DNA from: Moniliella sp. 'wahieum'
Lineage: Eukaryota
DNA length: 64,000 nt
Assembly: GCA_003971905.1 (NCBI GenBank)
Contig: RSEE01000104.1
Span: forward strand, 1-64,000
Direction: 5' to 3'
The notes beneath the pieces are model-generated. The model saw nothing but the letters and a program-made list of their open reading frames with translations. It did no database searches and was not told the DNA's origin. Positions 46,887 through 60,140 of the stretch are shown piece after piece; positions within the stretch are counted from its first letter, which is position 1; each line of letters begins with the position of its first letter. The position numbers and the translations under genes were made by a program.

Positions 46887-49800
46887 TGGTCGGGTGAACA
46901 AGAACAAAGAAGGACCAACCAGCCTTCCATCCATCCAGCCATCCAACCAACGATCTAGGCGTCTAGGCCCATTTCGTTGTGTGCGGCAGCTAGAGGAGGA
47001 GGTAGGACATTGGGCGAGATAGATGACGACCGGAGCTAGGACAGGCAGCTGAGTAACCCGGCACGATCGCCACGCCCCATCCTACCTAGCGTACGGAGCG
47101 GGGATTGGAGGTGGGTTGCCCCATGCGCTGTGTGTTTTGGGCGGACCACTGCAATCTGACCCCCATCCAATCCAATCCAATTCAACCCGCCATTCTTTCC
47201 TCAGTGCCAGTACCAAACATGCATGCGATTCATCCGCACACCTCACCGCCGTCGCCCTGGTATCAACCCGCCCTCCACAGAAGGAGGGGAGCAAAAAGAC
47301 CAAGACCCCGAACGTTGGGTGAACTAGGACCCGAGGCGAGCTGGCACCCAGGGGCGCAAAGGATGAAGGGGGTATTAGCCACTGCCATACGACCCCCGGC
47401 ATGTTCTCCCCCCCCCCATCTCTGTTGTCCGCTTGTCCGGCACGCAAAGCTGGCTTGCAACCGTCGTGTTGGGGAGAGGAGTCACAGGGCGGCGCGAAAC
47501 CGAGAGTAAAGCTTGCAGAGATGGGGCCAGGACGAGGGCGGAGACAACCGTGGAGGCAATAGAAGCACAGGGCGGAACATAACCAGAAAGACGCGTGCCG
47601 AAGAAATGTGACCAGGGACGCATACCCAAGGAGAGTACGTACGAGGGAGAGCAGAAAAAGGTGTGGGCCGTATGCCCAAGCCCAAGCAACTAATAAAGCA
47701 CCGATTATCCACCCACGTTCCGTTCTCCGCCAGGGGCAGAAGTGGGATCGAGCGGGGCCGAGAAGTCGTTGGGAACCGGTTCCGTAATCCACCAACGTCA
47801 TCCTTGTCGGGGCAAGCGCAACCGCGATGGCAGGTCTACCAGGTCTACTAACCAATGGCAGGTTTCGCAGCCAACTGAGCACGGTGCGCAGAAGACGCGG
47901 AGTAGGGTGGAAACACAGCTAGTACCCCGGCGCGCCCAGACAAAAACGCCAAGGAACAGACCGAAACAAGGAACAGAACAACGCACTCAAATCAGATTAA
48001 TCAGATGACGGTTCAAGCTTCAAGGTTTAAGTCTTTGATCTTACGCATCTGCCCGCAAGGAGAGACCTGAACCCCTCTTCCCTCTCCCCGCTTCACCCGA
48101 ACAAGTTCCCAGTTCCCACCCCCAGGTTAACCGTAAGTTCCGTGCACAGTGGAGCCCTCTCCTATCCGAGGGTTGTGCAGCCTGGATTGAAGCTAGGGCG
48201 GATCTACGTTTGGCCGACCGAGGTAAAAGCAGCCTACTTCCGTTAGACGTGCCCGTTCTTCCGCCCGCGTGTCCAAAGATGTCGCTATCAACATGCGACC
48301 CAACGCGGGGGGGGGGGGGGGGGGGCGTGGGCGGGAAGTGCGGCCTGAGCAGAGCGTGACGGGGCATGATGAGGCGAGAGGCGAGTTGAGGCTAGGCAGG
48401 GATCGGACGTACGTGGCGTGCGTTGTAGCTGCCATGGAGTGCGGGTGGTGGGGGGGCACCAGAACTTGGGTCTACAAAGGTAAGGAGGGAGGGAGTGGTC
48501 TTGAGTACAGTGACAGAAGGGCGACTGTGCCAGGCAGCTGATCTGATGGACGAACGAGAGCGCCATGTCTGGTCCCCGTGTCATTCATGGCATTGCTGTC
48601 CTCTGTTCGCGGGCCGGGGAGCCGGGCAGGCAGTTCGGTGGGGTGGTCGAAGAGGCTAGCAGACGCGGTGTAGCGTGGTACAGGGTACGGTGGGATTGTC
48701 TAGAGATTCAAGAACAACCCGAGGAGGAGGAGTGGACCGAACCAGGAGGGTCGTGGGGTCGCACGATTGGGCCAGACACTGTGCACGATCTGATTGGAGA
48801 GCGAGGGTGGAGGGCAGGCGCAACGGCACAGAGAGAGGGAGTGTGGGGAGGTCTTGCTCCATACGGATACAAGGTGGCACTTGGCTTGAGGGTGTTATGT
48901 CCGACGCTAGGATGAACATGTCAGTGCGTCTGATTGGCGAAAATCGTGAGCTGGATCGCGGGGCGCGACGACGACGATCCTCTAGCTGATCCGAGGAAAA
49001 CTTAACTCCAAAACGGTGGTACGTTTGGCAGGCTGGCCCGCCAGGCCTTCAGTATGCCTTGCGGGATGTGTGGACGATGGCCTGGGGCAGATCGCGCTGC
49101 TCGGGTTGAGCGCACGCTGGCCAAGATGGGTGGTGGGCGCAGCGTGGTGGAAGAGAGGGAGAGACTGCGGAAAGAAAGACAGGAGCCATAAGCGGTCGGA
49201 GAGGTTGTGCGGGGTGTAGGCCGATCCATCCCTCCGTCCATCCCTTCGTCCATCCGTCCATCCCTCCATTGAAGATCCGGTACGTCCCCGCGCACGACTC
49301 AACCCAAACCGGCAAACTGACCACTCACCACCTCGAAGAATGGGAAGCCAGTGCAGGGGCGAAGGCACTGATCCAGTACTGTTGAGTGGGAACAAGAACA
49401 ACAATGCGAGTTGGGAAATGGCAGGAAAAGCGGTAGAGAGGAACCGAACGTGTCTTCCTATGGTATTCCCGCAATGGGAAGAGAAGGGGATGAAGGGGGA
49501 GAGAAGGGGATGAATGGGAAGGAAAGGGGGTGGTGTTACTAAAGCGATGACCAACCAGCATGACGTGGCCGCAGAGTGACGAGCGCTGCGCAGCCATTCG
49601 ATGCTCGTCTTCGTATCCGTAACCCTTGTGGATTAGAAGTATTCGTAACCCTTGTGGATTGGGAGACGGCAGACTTTAATCTGAAGGGACGCAGTAGGTC
49701 TGGCGGAAGGATTGAGTAGCTTCAAGCCTCCAAGGAGCGAAGCTTCGCGTGCATGGGGTGAATCATATCAATATTCAAAAGGTGGAGGGGAGGGCCACGT

Positions 49801-50305
49801 GTGCGTGGGCGGTGTGAGATGCGAGGGGGTGTCATGCATGTCACATGTCCCCGTCACGCTGAGGTGAGTCAGCAGCTGGCCATTCACAGTCAGCTTGCTT
49901 GCACCGACCGTGGCGAGCGACTAGGGAGGGCAGCGTCCTACTCCTCAGTGCTCCGTCCGGAAGATTCGCGCGTGGCGTCGGTGGGCGAGGCGAGAAGATC
50001 AGCAGGCCAAGGGTGGGAAGACGAGCGGGCAGGCCAGAGGCGCATCGAGGGGCATGTTGGGCGTGCGGGCAGGCGAGGCGGTGTTTGGTGTGACATGTGA
50101 GTGACAGCGAGGCTGAGGCTGAGCTCAGCGGCTGAGAGCTCGCTGAGAAGGGCCACGCGCCATCACGCATCGCGCCTCGCCTCAGCGCGACAGTCATCTA
50201 GTCATCCATCCCCCGACCGCCAGGGTTGCAGCCACAGCGCCCAGCTCGCCGTGCTTGCGCCCTCGCCTCGCTCTCTCTTTCGTCTGCCCCACCGCTCTGC
50301 CCAGG

Positions 50306-51870
50306 ATGGCCTCGTCTTCGTCCTCTGCTGCGCAAGCGCCCGCAGCGCCATCCCCAGCAGCGCCATCCCCAGCAGTGCCATCCCCAGCAGCACCAGCAGC
50401 ACGCCCGCCGCGTCGCTCGTCGGTCGTCGACGCGCTGGCCCAGCTGCGTGCCAAGCCGCCCATTGGCCGCGGGCTCGAGTGGCAGCTCACTGGCCCACTG
50501 CTGCTGCTTGCCCTAGCTGGCGTGCTGTACGTCGCCTCGGGTGGCCCCACCAGCAGCGCGTTGCACACCTGGGCAGCCTCCTTCTTCCCGTCCTCCGGGC
50601 TTGGCGAGGCCCTGCCGGGTGGCTTGCGGCGCTGCACCGTGCCATGGCTCCATGTTTTTTGCAGTACGCGTGCCGTCTCGGCTTACGGGCACGGCCGAAG
50701 CTGTGGATCAACCGGACGTACGCCAAGGGTCCGCTGGACATTTGGTTCGCGGTAACTTGGGCGGTAGTTTGAGGCGATTCGGGCGTTTGTGATGAAATTT
50801 ATACGACGCCGCTGGGGCGGGGGGGGTCCGCGCGCGAGAGGTGGGTGTGGCCAAAGGCGGTGGTGGGCGAGGAAGGGTGTTGGTGCTGGAGCGTGCGCAG
50901 CTCGACCGATAAGAAAGTGCTTCGGTTGCGAGAGCAAGGCTGGTGGTGGTGGTACTACATTCCTTCGTGGACCATGGGGCTGTGGGTGGCGTCGCGCCAG
51001 CCCTACTGCGTTGAAGATGAAGGAGTACTGGACCGACTACCCGGCAACGACGAGGATGGTCTTTTCAAGGTACGTACGCTACCGCTCTTTTTCTCTTTCT
51101 GTTTCTTCTTCTTCTTCTTCGTGGGAGGGGTTTTGCGTTTGCGTTCGGGCTCTGTTGATTTCTCGTTGCCCCCCCCCCTCCTCCCCATGGGCAGGTGGGT
51201 GTGTGCGGACACTGACGAACGCCCTTCCTCTCCCGGCAGTTCTACTACCTGTTCCAACTGGGCTTTTGCTGCACCAACTGGGGGTGATCAACCTGGAGGC
51301 GAAGCGGTCGGACTATGTGCAAATGTCGAGCCACATGTGATTACGATCACGTTGATCGTCAGCAGCTACGTGCGCATTACAGCGGATTGGGAATGCGATT
51401 CTGACGGTGATGGATCCAAGTGACATTTTGTTATCGCGGCCAGTGTTTGCGGTACATGCAATGGCAAATGGTGTGCGACGTGATGTTTGGGTTGTTTATG
51501 CTCGTGGCTGATTACGCGCCACGTGCTGTTCAACTTGATGACCTACAGTGTCTACCACGACCCGCAGCTCGTCATCCCGCGCGTGTGGGACGCCAAGCGG
51601 CAAATCTACTTTTCGCACACGCTGCAGCGCACCATGCTCGGTCTGCTGCTCAGCATGCAGGCCATCCTGCTCGTGTGGTTCGGCATGATTGTGCGTGTCG
51701 CGTACCGCGTCGTGACGGGCGGCGAGGCGCACGACTCGCGCTCCGACGAGGACACGGACGAGGTGTGGGAGGCCGACAAGCCGGACGCGCAGCCCGAGGA
51801 GGACAAGGACGCGCTGCCCAAGGACGAGGACTCGGACGAGAAGGAGCACGGCGGCAAGAAGGCCGAGTGA
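50306..51870 (+). CDS. LAG1: Ceramide synthase (LAG1/LAC1, TLC domain)
   Basis: YAKGPLDIWF; EQGW..YY; YWTDYP; EAKRSDYVQM..H(H)VITITLI; MDPSDI; WLITRH; WFGMIVRVAYRVVTGGEAHDSRSDED. Intron at ~51070-51239. Confidence 0.92.
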
Positions 51871-52161
51871 GGAGGTGTGGGCGCCAGTGTGAGGCGAGGC
51901 GGCCTGAGGATGCATGCATGCATGAAGCGTCAATAGCTTCAATATAGCCCCCCCACGAGCCGTCGCAGTAGGGTTGGCAGGCAGGCGCGCGGCTGACGTC
52001 AGCCGGCGCAGGGGGCGGCGGCGCCACAACGCAACACCGCCCAGCGCAACCCTAGCGCCACGCCGCCGTCGCCCGCGCGGGTGGACCGCAAGGCAAAAGC
52101 CAAGTGCCTCTCGGCCATCCCATCCTCCATCCCCCATCCCTCCCACCAGCACCCCACGCCC

Positions 52162-54343
52162 ATGCGCGCCCTCGACAGCTGGCCGCCAACCGCCGCGCAC
52201 GCCGAGGGGGACGACATGCCCCCCCCCGGCCTCGACCTCGGGTCGCAGCTGCACCACCCGCTCGGCATGGGCCTCGACATGGACATGGACATGGCCGACA
52301 TGCGCCCTGGCATGGACATGGGCATGGACATGGGCATGGATATGGACATGGACATGGGCATGGACATGGGCATGGATATGGACATGGACATGGGAATGCG
52401 CCTTGGCATGCCGCTCGACATGGACCTTGGCATGGGCATCGACCCGCTTGCCGACTCGCTCGGAGCCGAGCTAGGTGGCCACAGTCTGCATGCGCAGTTG
52501 CATGGCGACTCTTTGGGTGCCGAGTTGGGTGGCGACTCGCTTGGTGCCGAGTTGGGTGGCCAGCTCGGCGAGTCGCTCGGTGACGAACTGGCCTTTGCAC
52601 CTGGTGGTGACGATGCTGTGCGTGGCTCCCCTCGTGGCGCTGGCGACCGTCGTGCCTCGGGCGTGGCGAGCGGTACCCCTTCTCCCAGCTGGACGAACAT
52701 GAGCATGAGCATGACGACGACGACCCAGTGCGCCTTCCTGCCACTGAGCACGCTTCCCCCCTTGCCCCTACCTCTACCTCTACCGCCACCAGCCGCAGCA
52801 GTACGACACCTGGCGCACGCGGCGCAAACGCAGCTGCCAGCCTGCCCCTCCCTGCCGCAGCGGCAGGCTCGACGTCCCCGTCTCTATCCACGTCCACTTC
52901 CACGCCTACCTCGACCACTGCCTCGGGCGGTGCTCGCATGCGGGCCGGTACCTCTGGGGGCGTTGATGCGCAAGCGAATTTCGAAGCGCGTCTACAAGCG
53001 ACACATGCGCACACCTTAGCGCAACTCCGCGCGACGTTAGCGCAGACCGAGTCGTTTTTAGCCAAGCTGCGACCTCGGCCTGGCGAGGGCGGGGTGGAAG
53101 AGGACCTGCTCAAGCTCGAGACGACAGCAGCGAGCGTAGTGCGTCAGTTGCAAGAAACGGCAATTCAACGCGAAGCTCAAGTCCGCGAATTGAAAGAGGC
53201 GCAATTGGTCTTGGATGTATTTGATCCTCCTTTGCCCGGGTCTGGGGCGCCTACCACCTCTGCTTCCGCTTCCACCTCTCACCCGGCGCTTGCTCTGGGG
53301 CCCAGTTCATCTACGACCGCGACGCCGACGGCGGGGTCGGTGGCTCTGCCTCCTGCGCTGAGTGGGGGAGGGGGTGGGGGGGGCAGCTGGGGTCCGCATT
53401 GGGTGCCTCGACAAGAGGTGGTCCAGGTGGACCTGGACGAAGAAGAGCGTGTGATCCAAGTTTGCTTGTCCGGGCCCGAGGGGGGCGAAGGGGACGACTT
53501 GTTGGGTCTGGATGTGCTGCGTCGGGTCGGTCTGACGAGGCGGACGCCGACCCGGAGGCTGAGGCTGAAGCTGAAGCTGAAGCTACTCGAGCTGGAACGT
53601 CTGCCACGCGCCGTGTGGTGCTCCGGTCCACAGGGCGCGACGCCCCAGCCGAGACCGAGGCGCACGTGGCGAAGCAACTGGCGGAAGGGGGCGAGGGCAA
53701 GGGCGAGGGAGAAGCGAAGGGGACTTGGACTTCAGCTTCATCTCTTGGTCGGGGGAACATGGCAAGTTCAATGTGGGTTCGTGGGGACGTGGGTGCTGGC
53801 ATGGTAGCTGTGCGAGCTACGACGGCCGACTTGCTCTTGGGGCTAGCAACGATCAATGAGCATACCCAAGTCAACCGTGCAGCGGTGAACGATTTGAATC
53901 GCAAGTTTCGTGGGATGCGCGGTGCGCTTTCGCAGATTGTGGCGGAGACGAGTAGTACCCAACAGAGCATTGACTGGCTCACGCGGTGGCACCAACGTCA
54001 ACGTTCTGACTTTTCCTTGCCGCCACACACGAGTCCCGTTGCGAGCCCTACAAGCACTACGAACCCCACAAGTACTACGACCCCCACGAGCGACACGAGC
54101 ACCACAAGCACCACGAACGAGACGAACCCCGCGAGCGAGACGAAGGAGACGAGGGACGAGGGACATGCTGGACTGAAAGCGTGGATCGAGGCGGTACGAA
54201 CGTACATGGACCAAGCGCTGATGGAAGCTGAGACGCGAGCGCATACGATCTTGCAGCCTCCGCCGGTACCTGCGTCGATTGCCGAGGTGGACGTGAGCCA
54301 TGTTGTGCTCCCTCGCCCAGCCTCGGTCGCGGGACAAGCCTAA
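52162..54343 (+). CDS. Hypothetical coiled-coil protein with an N-terminal (MDMG)n repeat
   Basis: Overlapping long ORFs joined by frameshifts. Helical heptad segments include LETTAASVVRQLQETAIQREAQVRELKE and LATINEHTQVNRAAVNDLNRKFRGMR. Confidence 0.55.
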
Positions 54344-54494
54344 GGTTGGGCAGGCCAGCAAGGCAAGGCCGTGCGCCGCGTACCACCAGCCCGTATACTA
54401 TGGCCCGTCTGCCACGGGTTACAGGTCTCAGGACAGGTCCTACATCCCACAGGACACTGGACACAGGATACGAATCGGCCAGCCGAAGCGTGTA

Positions 54495-54552
54495 GTGTGC
54501 GTGTGCGTGTGCGTGTGCGTGTGCGTGTGCGTGTGCGTGTGCGTGTGCGTGT
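54495..54552. repeat. (GTGCGT)n microsatellite
   Basis: Read directly. Confidence 0.9.
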
Positions 54553-56101
54553 ACGCGCGCCCAACTAGCATACTTTCCTGCATACTTTCTCTCCCCCTCC
54601 CCCTTCCTCCTCCCGCTTCCTCCCTCATCTCCTTCCTCCCGCTTCCTCCCTCATCTCCTTCCTCCCGCTTCCTCCCTCATCTCCTTCCTCCCTCTGCCTC
54701 CCTCCTGTGCCTCCCCCTCCCTCGTTGCGCAGCTCGCCCACCGGGGCTGGGCTGGGCACAAACGCAGTCCAGTCTCTCCGTTCCCTCTTGACGTACCCCC
54801 CCGCCCATGTAACATGTGGAATGTGGCATGTGGAACCGTGGGCGCGACGTGGGTGGGGACTAAGATTCAAGAACGAAGACTGAGGGGGGCGCGCATGGCC
54901 ATGGTTCGGTTCCTCCCAAAGAAAGGCACAGGCACGGTGCAGCCTCCCCTCTCCCCCCCCTTTCGATTTCGAAGAGGGGGCAGAACTGTGTAGCTCACGG
55001 CTCACGTGGCACCGTCGCGAAGCTGGCGTGCGGTAGAATGCCATGTACTGTCAGGCCTTAGGGACGTAGGATCGCAGCCTCAGCCCCTCGCAGTGGCAGA
55101 TGGCCAGTGCCACATGTCAGTGACCGAGCTAAGCCTGTCCATGTCAAGCTTACAGTGTCTTCAACGGCGACGGCGCGAAATGTGAGATGCGAGATGTGAG
55201 GTGTGAAGTGTGAGGTCGGAACCTACGCACTGGCAACAAGTACCAAGTGTCTCTCATAGGACTCAGGGGGTACTGAAGCTTGAAGCTTGAAGGTCCTGCG
55301 ACGGAAGGCTCCGTGTGCTCGGCGGGTATTTTCAAAGTAGTACTCCTACACAAGGGAGAGGGGCGGCGGCCGACGGGCTGAGCCCGGGGCGTGAGCGGAC
55401 CTTGGTGCGGCACCCTAATGCCTAACCCTTAAGCCGCTTAAGGCGCTTAAGGCTAAGGGCTAAGGGCTAAGGTACCCCTTTGCGCCCTACCGCCACAAGC
55501 GTCACGCATGCCCATGCGCGCCACGTGACGGTGTCATTAATCATTGTCACCTGTCACCTCTCACCTTGTCACATGTCAGATGAGATGTCAGCATGTCAGA
55601 TCTCAGAGCGGGCGCTAAAGCATCATGGTGGCTGGTAAGCTTCACGGTCGCGGCGGGCGTCAGGTAGGTGAAGTGGGGCATCGTAAGCGATGGCACAGGG
55701 GAGCGTGAGGGCACCGCCGCCGTGTGGCGACGGGAACGAAGATTGACTGTTGAGAGGTGGGGGGCGAGTGACTAGTGGGTCGTGTTGCTGATTAGTATAT
55801 GCATCATGCGCGTCATGGGGCGTCGGTGGGCGCAGTGCAAACCAAAGCCAGTAAAACGCCAACAAGGGGTCAATACTCAGTCCGCTGCGCCTCGACAGGA
55901 GTGCAACACTATCATCTATAGGATCTAGGAGGCTATAGTATAGGTACAGTAGTCACTAGTCACTATACAGGTATCTGGTCGAACCACATTTTCTCGCGCC
56001 CCACTATTCTCTCTCCTCCTCTCGTTTTTTGGTCTTGTTCTCTTCTTGCTCTTCCTCCACGGTCACGATCACATTTCGTCCCCAGTGCCGCACCACTCAC
56101 C

Positions 56102-56704
56102 ATGGACCGGATCCGGGAAAAGCTGAGTGCGCTCCGATCCGAGTGCGCGAGGGCGGTATCGCGTGCCGAAACGAGCGAAGCGCATGCACAGCACAATGGA
56201 GCAGAAGCAAGTGGAAGATAAGCAACACATTGCCACGCTCGAACTGCGTCTGCAACAACTCGAACAGCAGCTGGACCAGACCGACACTCAACTTGCCCAG
56301 CACAAACGGGTTGCCGAGCAGAGTGAACAGGCCCGTGCCCGTCTTGCCGCCTTAACTCGCAAACTGGCTCAGCTGCAAACTCGACGGGATGAAGTGGACA
56401 CGCGTGTTGAACAAGTGACGAAAAAGTCTGTTTTTTTCCTTCCTTCCTTCCTTCCTCTATACCCTCCCATTCCGTTTACTTTGATTTCCTCCTCGAACGC
56501 CCTAAGTAGAAGTTCTCTGTGCACTAACCCCAGCGGCGCAGGTTGCGCGAAACGGCGGAACGTGCGGAAGGACTCGAACGGCAGATACTTTCGCGCGAGC
56601 AGGAACGGGACACCTTGGAGGCCAAGTACGAAGACGCGCATGCCAACGATATATCGTGCAAGCAACACCTCGACGAGATGGTGCAGCAAATCGACAACCT
56701 ATAA
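56102..56704 (+). CDS. TPM: Tropomyosin (divergent fungal type)
   Basis: MDRIREKLSALRSE start and a continuous coiled coil. An intron at 56426-56541 joins TKK|LRET. The end is LERQILSREQERDTLEAKYE...KQHLDEMVQQIDNL*. Confidence 0.85.
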
Positions 56705-57604
56705 ACTGGCCTAGTACTGCTAGTACCGTCGAGAGGAAACTAAGCGCATCGTATCTTTTGGGAATTCAAGACCATTTCCAGTCCCCGTTTGGTTATGTTT
56801 TTGTTTTTGCTTTTGCTTTTGGTTCGTTTTCTTTTGCGGGGTTTGCTTCCTCTTGTGCCCTGGGCCTTCGTGTTGTTCTTGCGTTCGCTTGGCCTTGGAC
56901 GCCGTGTGTGTAGGGGAGGGGGGGTTGCGTCGCACCGCTCGTGTCTCCCTTGAATGGGTCGTGGGATGGGAGTTTAGTTGCCGTTCTACTGTTAAATTGT
57001 TCAGCTTGAGCGCACACACCTTGAACCTCTGCCCTGCCCTTGGTGTTGTGCCTCTGTTGAGGAGGGTGAGGACCCACCACGCGGAGCGCTCTCGCTTGCT
57101 GCGGTGACGGTGAGGGGCAATCATTGTTGGGGGGTGGTGTGGAGGCCGGCGGATGGGTGCGCACGTTTTCTTGTACAACCTCACCCTCCACAAGAACAAC
57201 AAGGACAATGACGAAAGTACCCTCTCTCTGTATCCCTACACTGCTCCCAACCACTCCGGCAGATCGACTGGCTGTGGATGGCCCATCTATAGTAGAGCAT
57301 TTCCCACTATCGTATAGGAGCCGTGTCCAAGAACCCAATCCTGCGTAAATCCAACCTGGCCCGCGGGATCGGTGCAACGACTGGGGTTCAACCGTACACA
57401 TGAACATTTCACGTCCTGCCCGCCGGGGGATTTTTTCGCGTTCCAACGAGCAAATTCCAAGTCGAGCCCAAACACATTGCAGCCCCCGCGCCAGGCGGCA
57501 GCGCGCGTACTCGCCCCACTCCCACTCCCACTGCACTTCCACCACCAGGTATACCCCAACCCCTTCCCCTCCTTCCGCTCCGAGTACACAATCCGTTGCG
57601 GACG

Positions 57605-59763
57605 ATGGACTACACACGCTTTCTCACCTGGTTCACCTTGTCGGGGGGCAGCATTGCGTGCAAGCCGGATGGCTCGGGCGCGGTATGGCAGTTGGAAGAT
57701 ATGACTGCGCAAGGGATGGGCACCGGTTTGGTGGCTACGACCGACTTGGATTCCAATGCTTTGCTCTTCACGCTCCCGCGTGCGTGGTCCTATCTACGCG
57801 TACGTCCCAACTGCCATCGCTGGTGCAGCAGGCCGAGAAGCTGCGCGCGGCCTCCGCTGGGACGGGGATGGTTGGCACAACGGGAGGGCCGCAGTGGACT
57901 GATGTGGCAGGCAAGTGGACGGGACTGATGGTGTGTATGCTATGGGAACGAGCAAGGAGTGTGTCGGGCCAGTTGGACCTGGGCGGAGCGCAGACCAACG
58001 CGCCGGAATGGGGACCTTACCTCCACGCCATGCCGACTCAGTTTGATACGCCCATGTTCTGGTCCGATTCCGAGCTGGCTTGGCTCCGTGGTACTTCGAT
58101 CCAAGGTACGTCTTGCGTTCTTCCGTGTTGTGTGTTACGTGTTCCCACGTTGCCATGTTGCCATGTTGCCATGGTACGTGGTACGTGGTACGTGGTACGT
58201 GGGGTGGGGGTATAGGGTGTTGTATGGGGGGATCAGCCTAATGGCTAACGCGCCCGTTGGACTTGTGGTTGATTTTGAGCAGATAAGATTGGGCGTGCCG
58301 AGGCGGACGAGGAGTACTGGCGACTGGTTGTGCCGTTGGTGCGTGCGTGGCCGGAACTGTTTGTGCCCGGGTGGGCGCGGTGGACGTCGGTGCAGGAACA
58401 AGCTGGTGCGCTGGACGCCGCATTGGACACGTACTACTCGTTGCAGCTGTACCACATTATGGGTTCGCGGATTCTCAGTCGTTCCTTCCATGTTGAGCAG
58501 CGGTCCGAGTCGGACGATGAGGATGAGGACGAGGATGAAGAACTAGTTGAGGAGGGGTGAGGGGGGGGGGTACCGTCGCAAGGGCCGGTCGAGATGGAGG
58601 ATACGTCGATGGGAGAGGCGGATGGGTCGGGTATGTCGCTGGACACGCCCAAGCCTACGTCGCCAGGCCGGGCGCAGGAAACGGTGAGCAAGCCCAAAAC
58701 GGTGCTGAACAAGAGAATCAGGACGAAGAAGAGGAAGAAGAAGAAGAAGAGACGGAAAGTGAAAAAGTGGACGATATTGGAATGGTGTGTTTGGCGGATA
58801 TGTTGAACGCGCGTCCGGGGGAGGCGCACAATGCGCGGCTGTTTTACCGTACGGAGCAACTGGAGATGCGAACCACGCGAGCGGTTCGGGCGGGGGAACA
58901 GTTGTTCAACACGTATGCCGACCCGCCCAACTCGGACCTACTACGACGGTACGGGTACGTGGATACGCACCACCCTGTCACGGCTTCCTCCGACCCACTC
59001 GACAATCTCAACGATAACGTCGAGCTGGGCTGGCGGTGCGTGCAGCAGGCCGTGCAGGACGTAGCGCGAGCCCAGGGCGCAACACCCGACGAGCTGGCCG
59101 CGCACGAAACGGAATTGGCCACGCGGTTTGAGCAGTTTGAAAGTGCGGGGCTCATTCCGGATGAGAGCGTGGCACTGGGCTATGTGCCGCGGGACGCTAC
59201 GCGTGCGTACCTCGAACTGTCGTCGGACGACTCGGACGATGATGACGACGACAGCAACAGCAAGGACGCTAACGCGACGGCGGCCGGGCGGGAGAGCGGG
59301 GTGGAAGAGTTGCTGATGGGGTGCAAGTTGGCGTGGTGGGACGGCGCGACGGCAGCCAAGTATCTGGGCAAGGACCAAGCGCCGGAAGCCAAGTGGAGCG
59401 GGACGTTGACGCACAAGCAGTCGGGGCGGACGGTGCTTGCGGCAGAGGTGGCGGTGCGGGCGGTGGAGCAGCGGATGGCGCTGTACGACACGACGCTCGC
59501 GGCGGACGAAGCGGCGTATGGGGCGCTGGTGGGGCAGGGGGCGTGGGCGGCTGACCGTGTCGGAGGAGCGGCATGTGGCTGCGCTGGTGGTGCGGATTGG
59601 CGAGCAGCGCATCCTGACGCGCCTGCACGCGCTGCTGGTGGGCGCGGTGGCCAAGTACCACGCCGCCAAGGCCAAGGCGGATGCGCAGCTCAAGAGCAAG
59701 GCCGGCGCCAAGCGGGGCGCGAGCGGCGGCGGCGACAGCCACCACAAGCGGGCGCGGACGTGA
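57605..59763 (+). CDS. RKM4: SET-domain N-lysine methyltransferase, Rkm4/SETD6-like
   Basis: GMGTGLVAT; WTGLMVCMLWE; WGPYLHAMPTQFDTPMFWSDSEL; YHIMGSRILSRSF; MVCLADMLNA; GEQLFNTYADPPNSDLLRRYGYVD. Intron at ~58106-58281. Confidence 0.88.
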
Positions 59764-60140
59764 GAGTGCTGCCAGACGAGTACACATCCCCCTGCTCCCA
59801 ACGGAGGAACGGAAGGATGGACAGAATACCGGGCAGTGCACGGGGCAATATATTGGCGTGCTTCAGAGGCAGATGTGATGGGGCTGTGATGGATGGCATG
59901 GCATGTGATGCTGCATCACACACCCCACTAGGGTTGGCCACGGGGGGGCGTGTCTTGGGTGCGTCGATCGGGGCGGCACGTGGCCTGCGCCGCCCGCGCC
60001 GCCCGATCCAGCGCAGCACACTGGCGCCGTGGCGGGCCTGGTGGCGCCACGCGCTGCCCCCGCCGCACGGCGCCAGTGCCAGACGCATGTCTGCTCGCCT
60101 GCCGGACGCCCCGGGCAGCCCATCCGCCTTCTGCCCCTCC

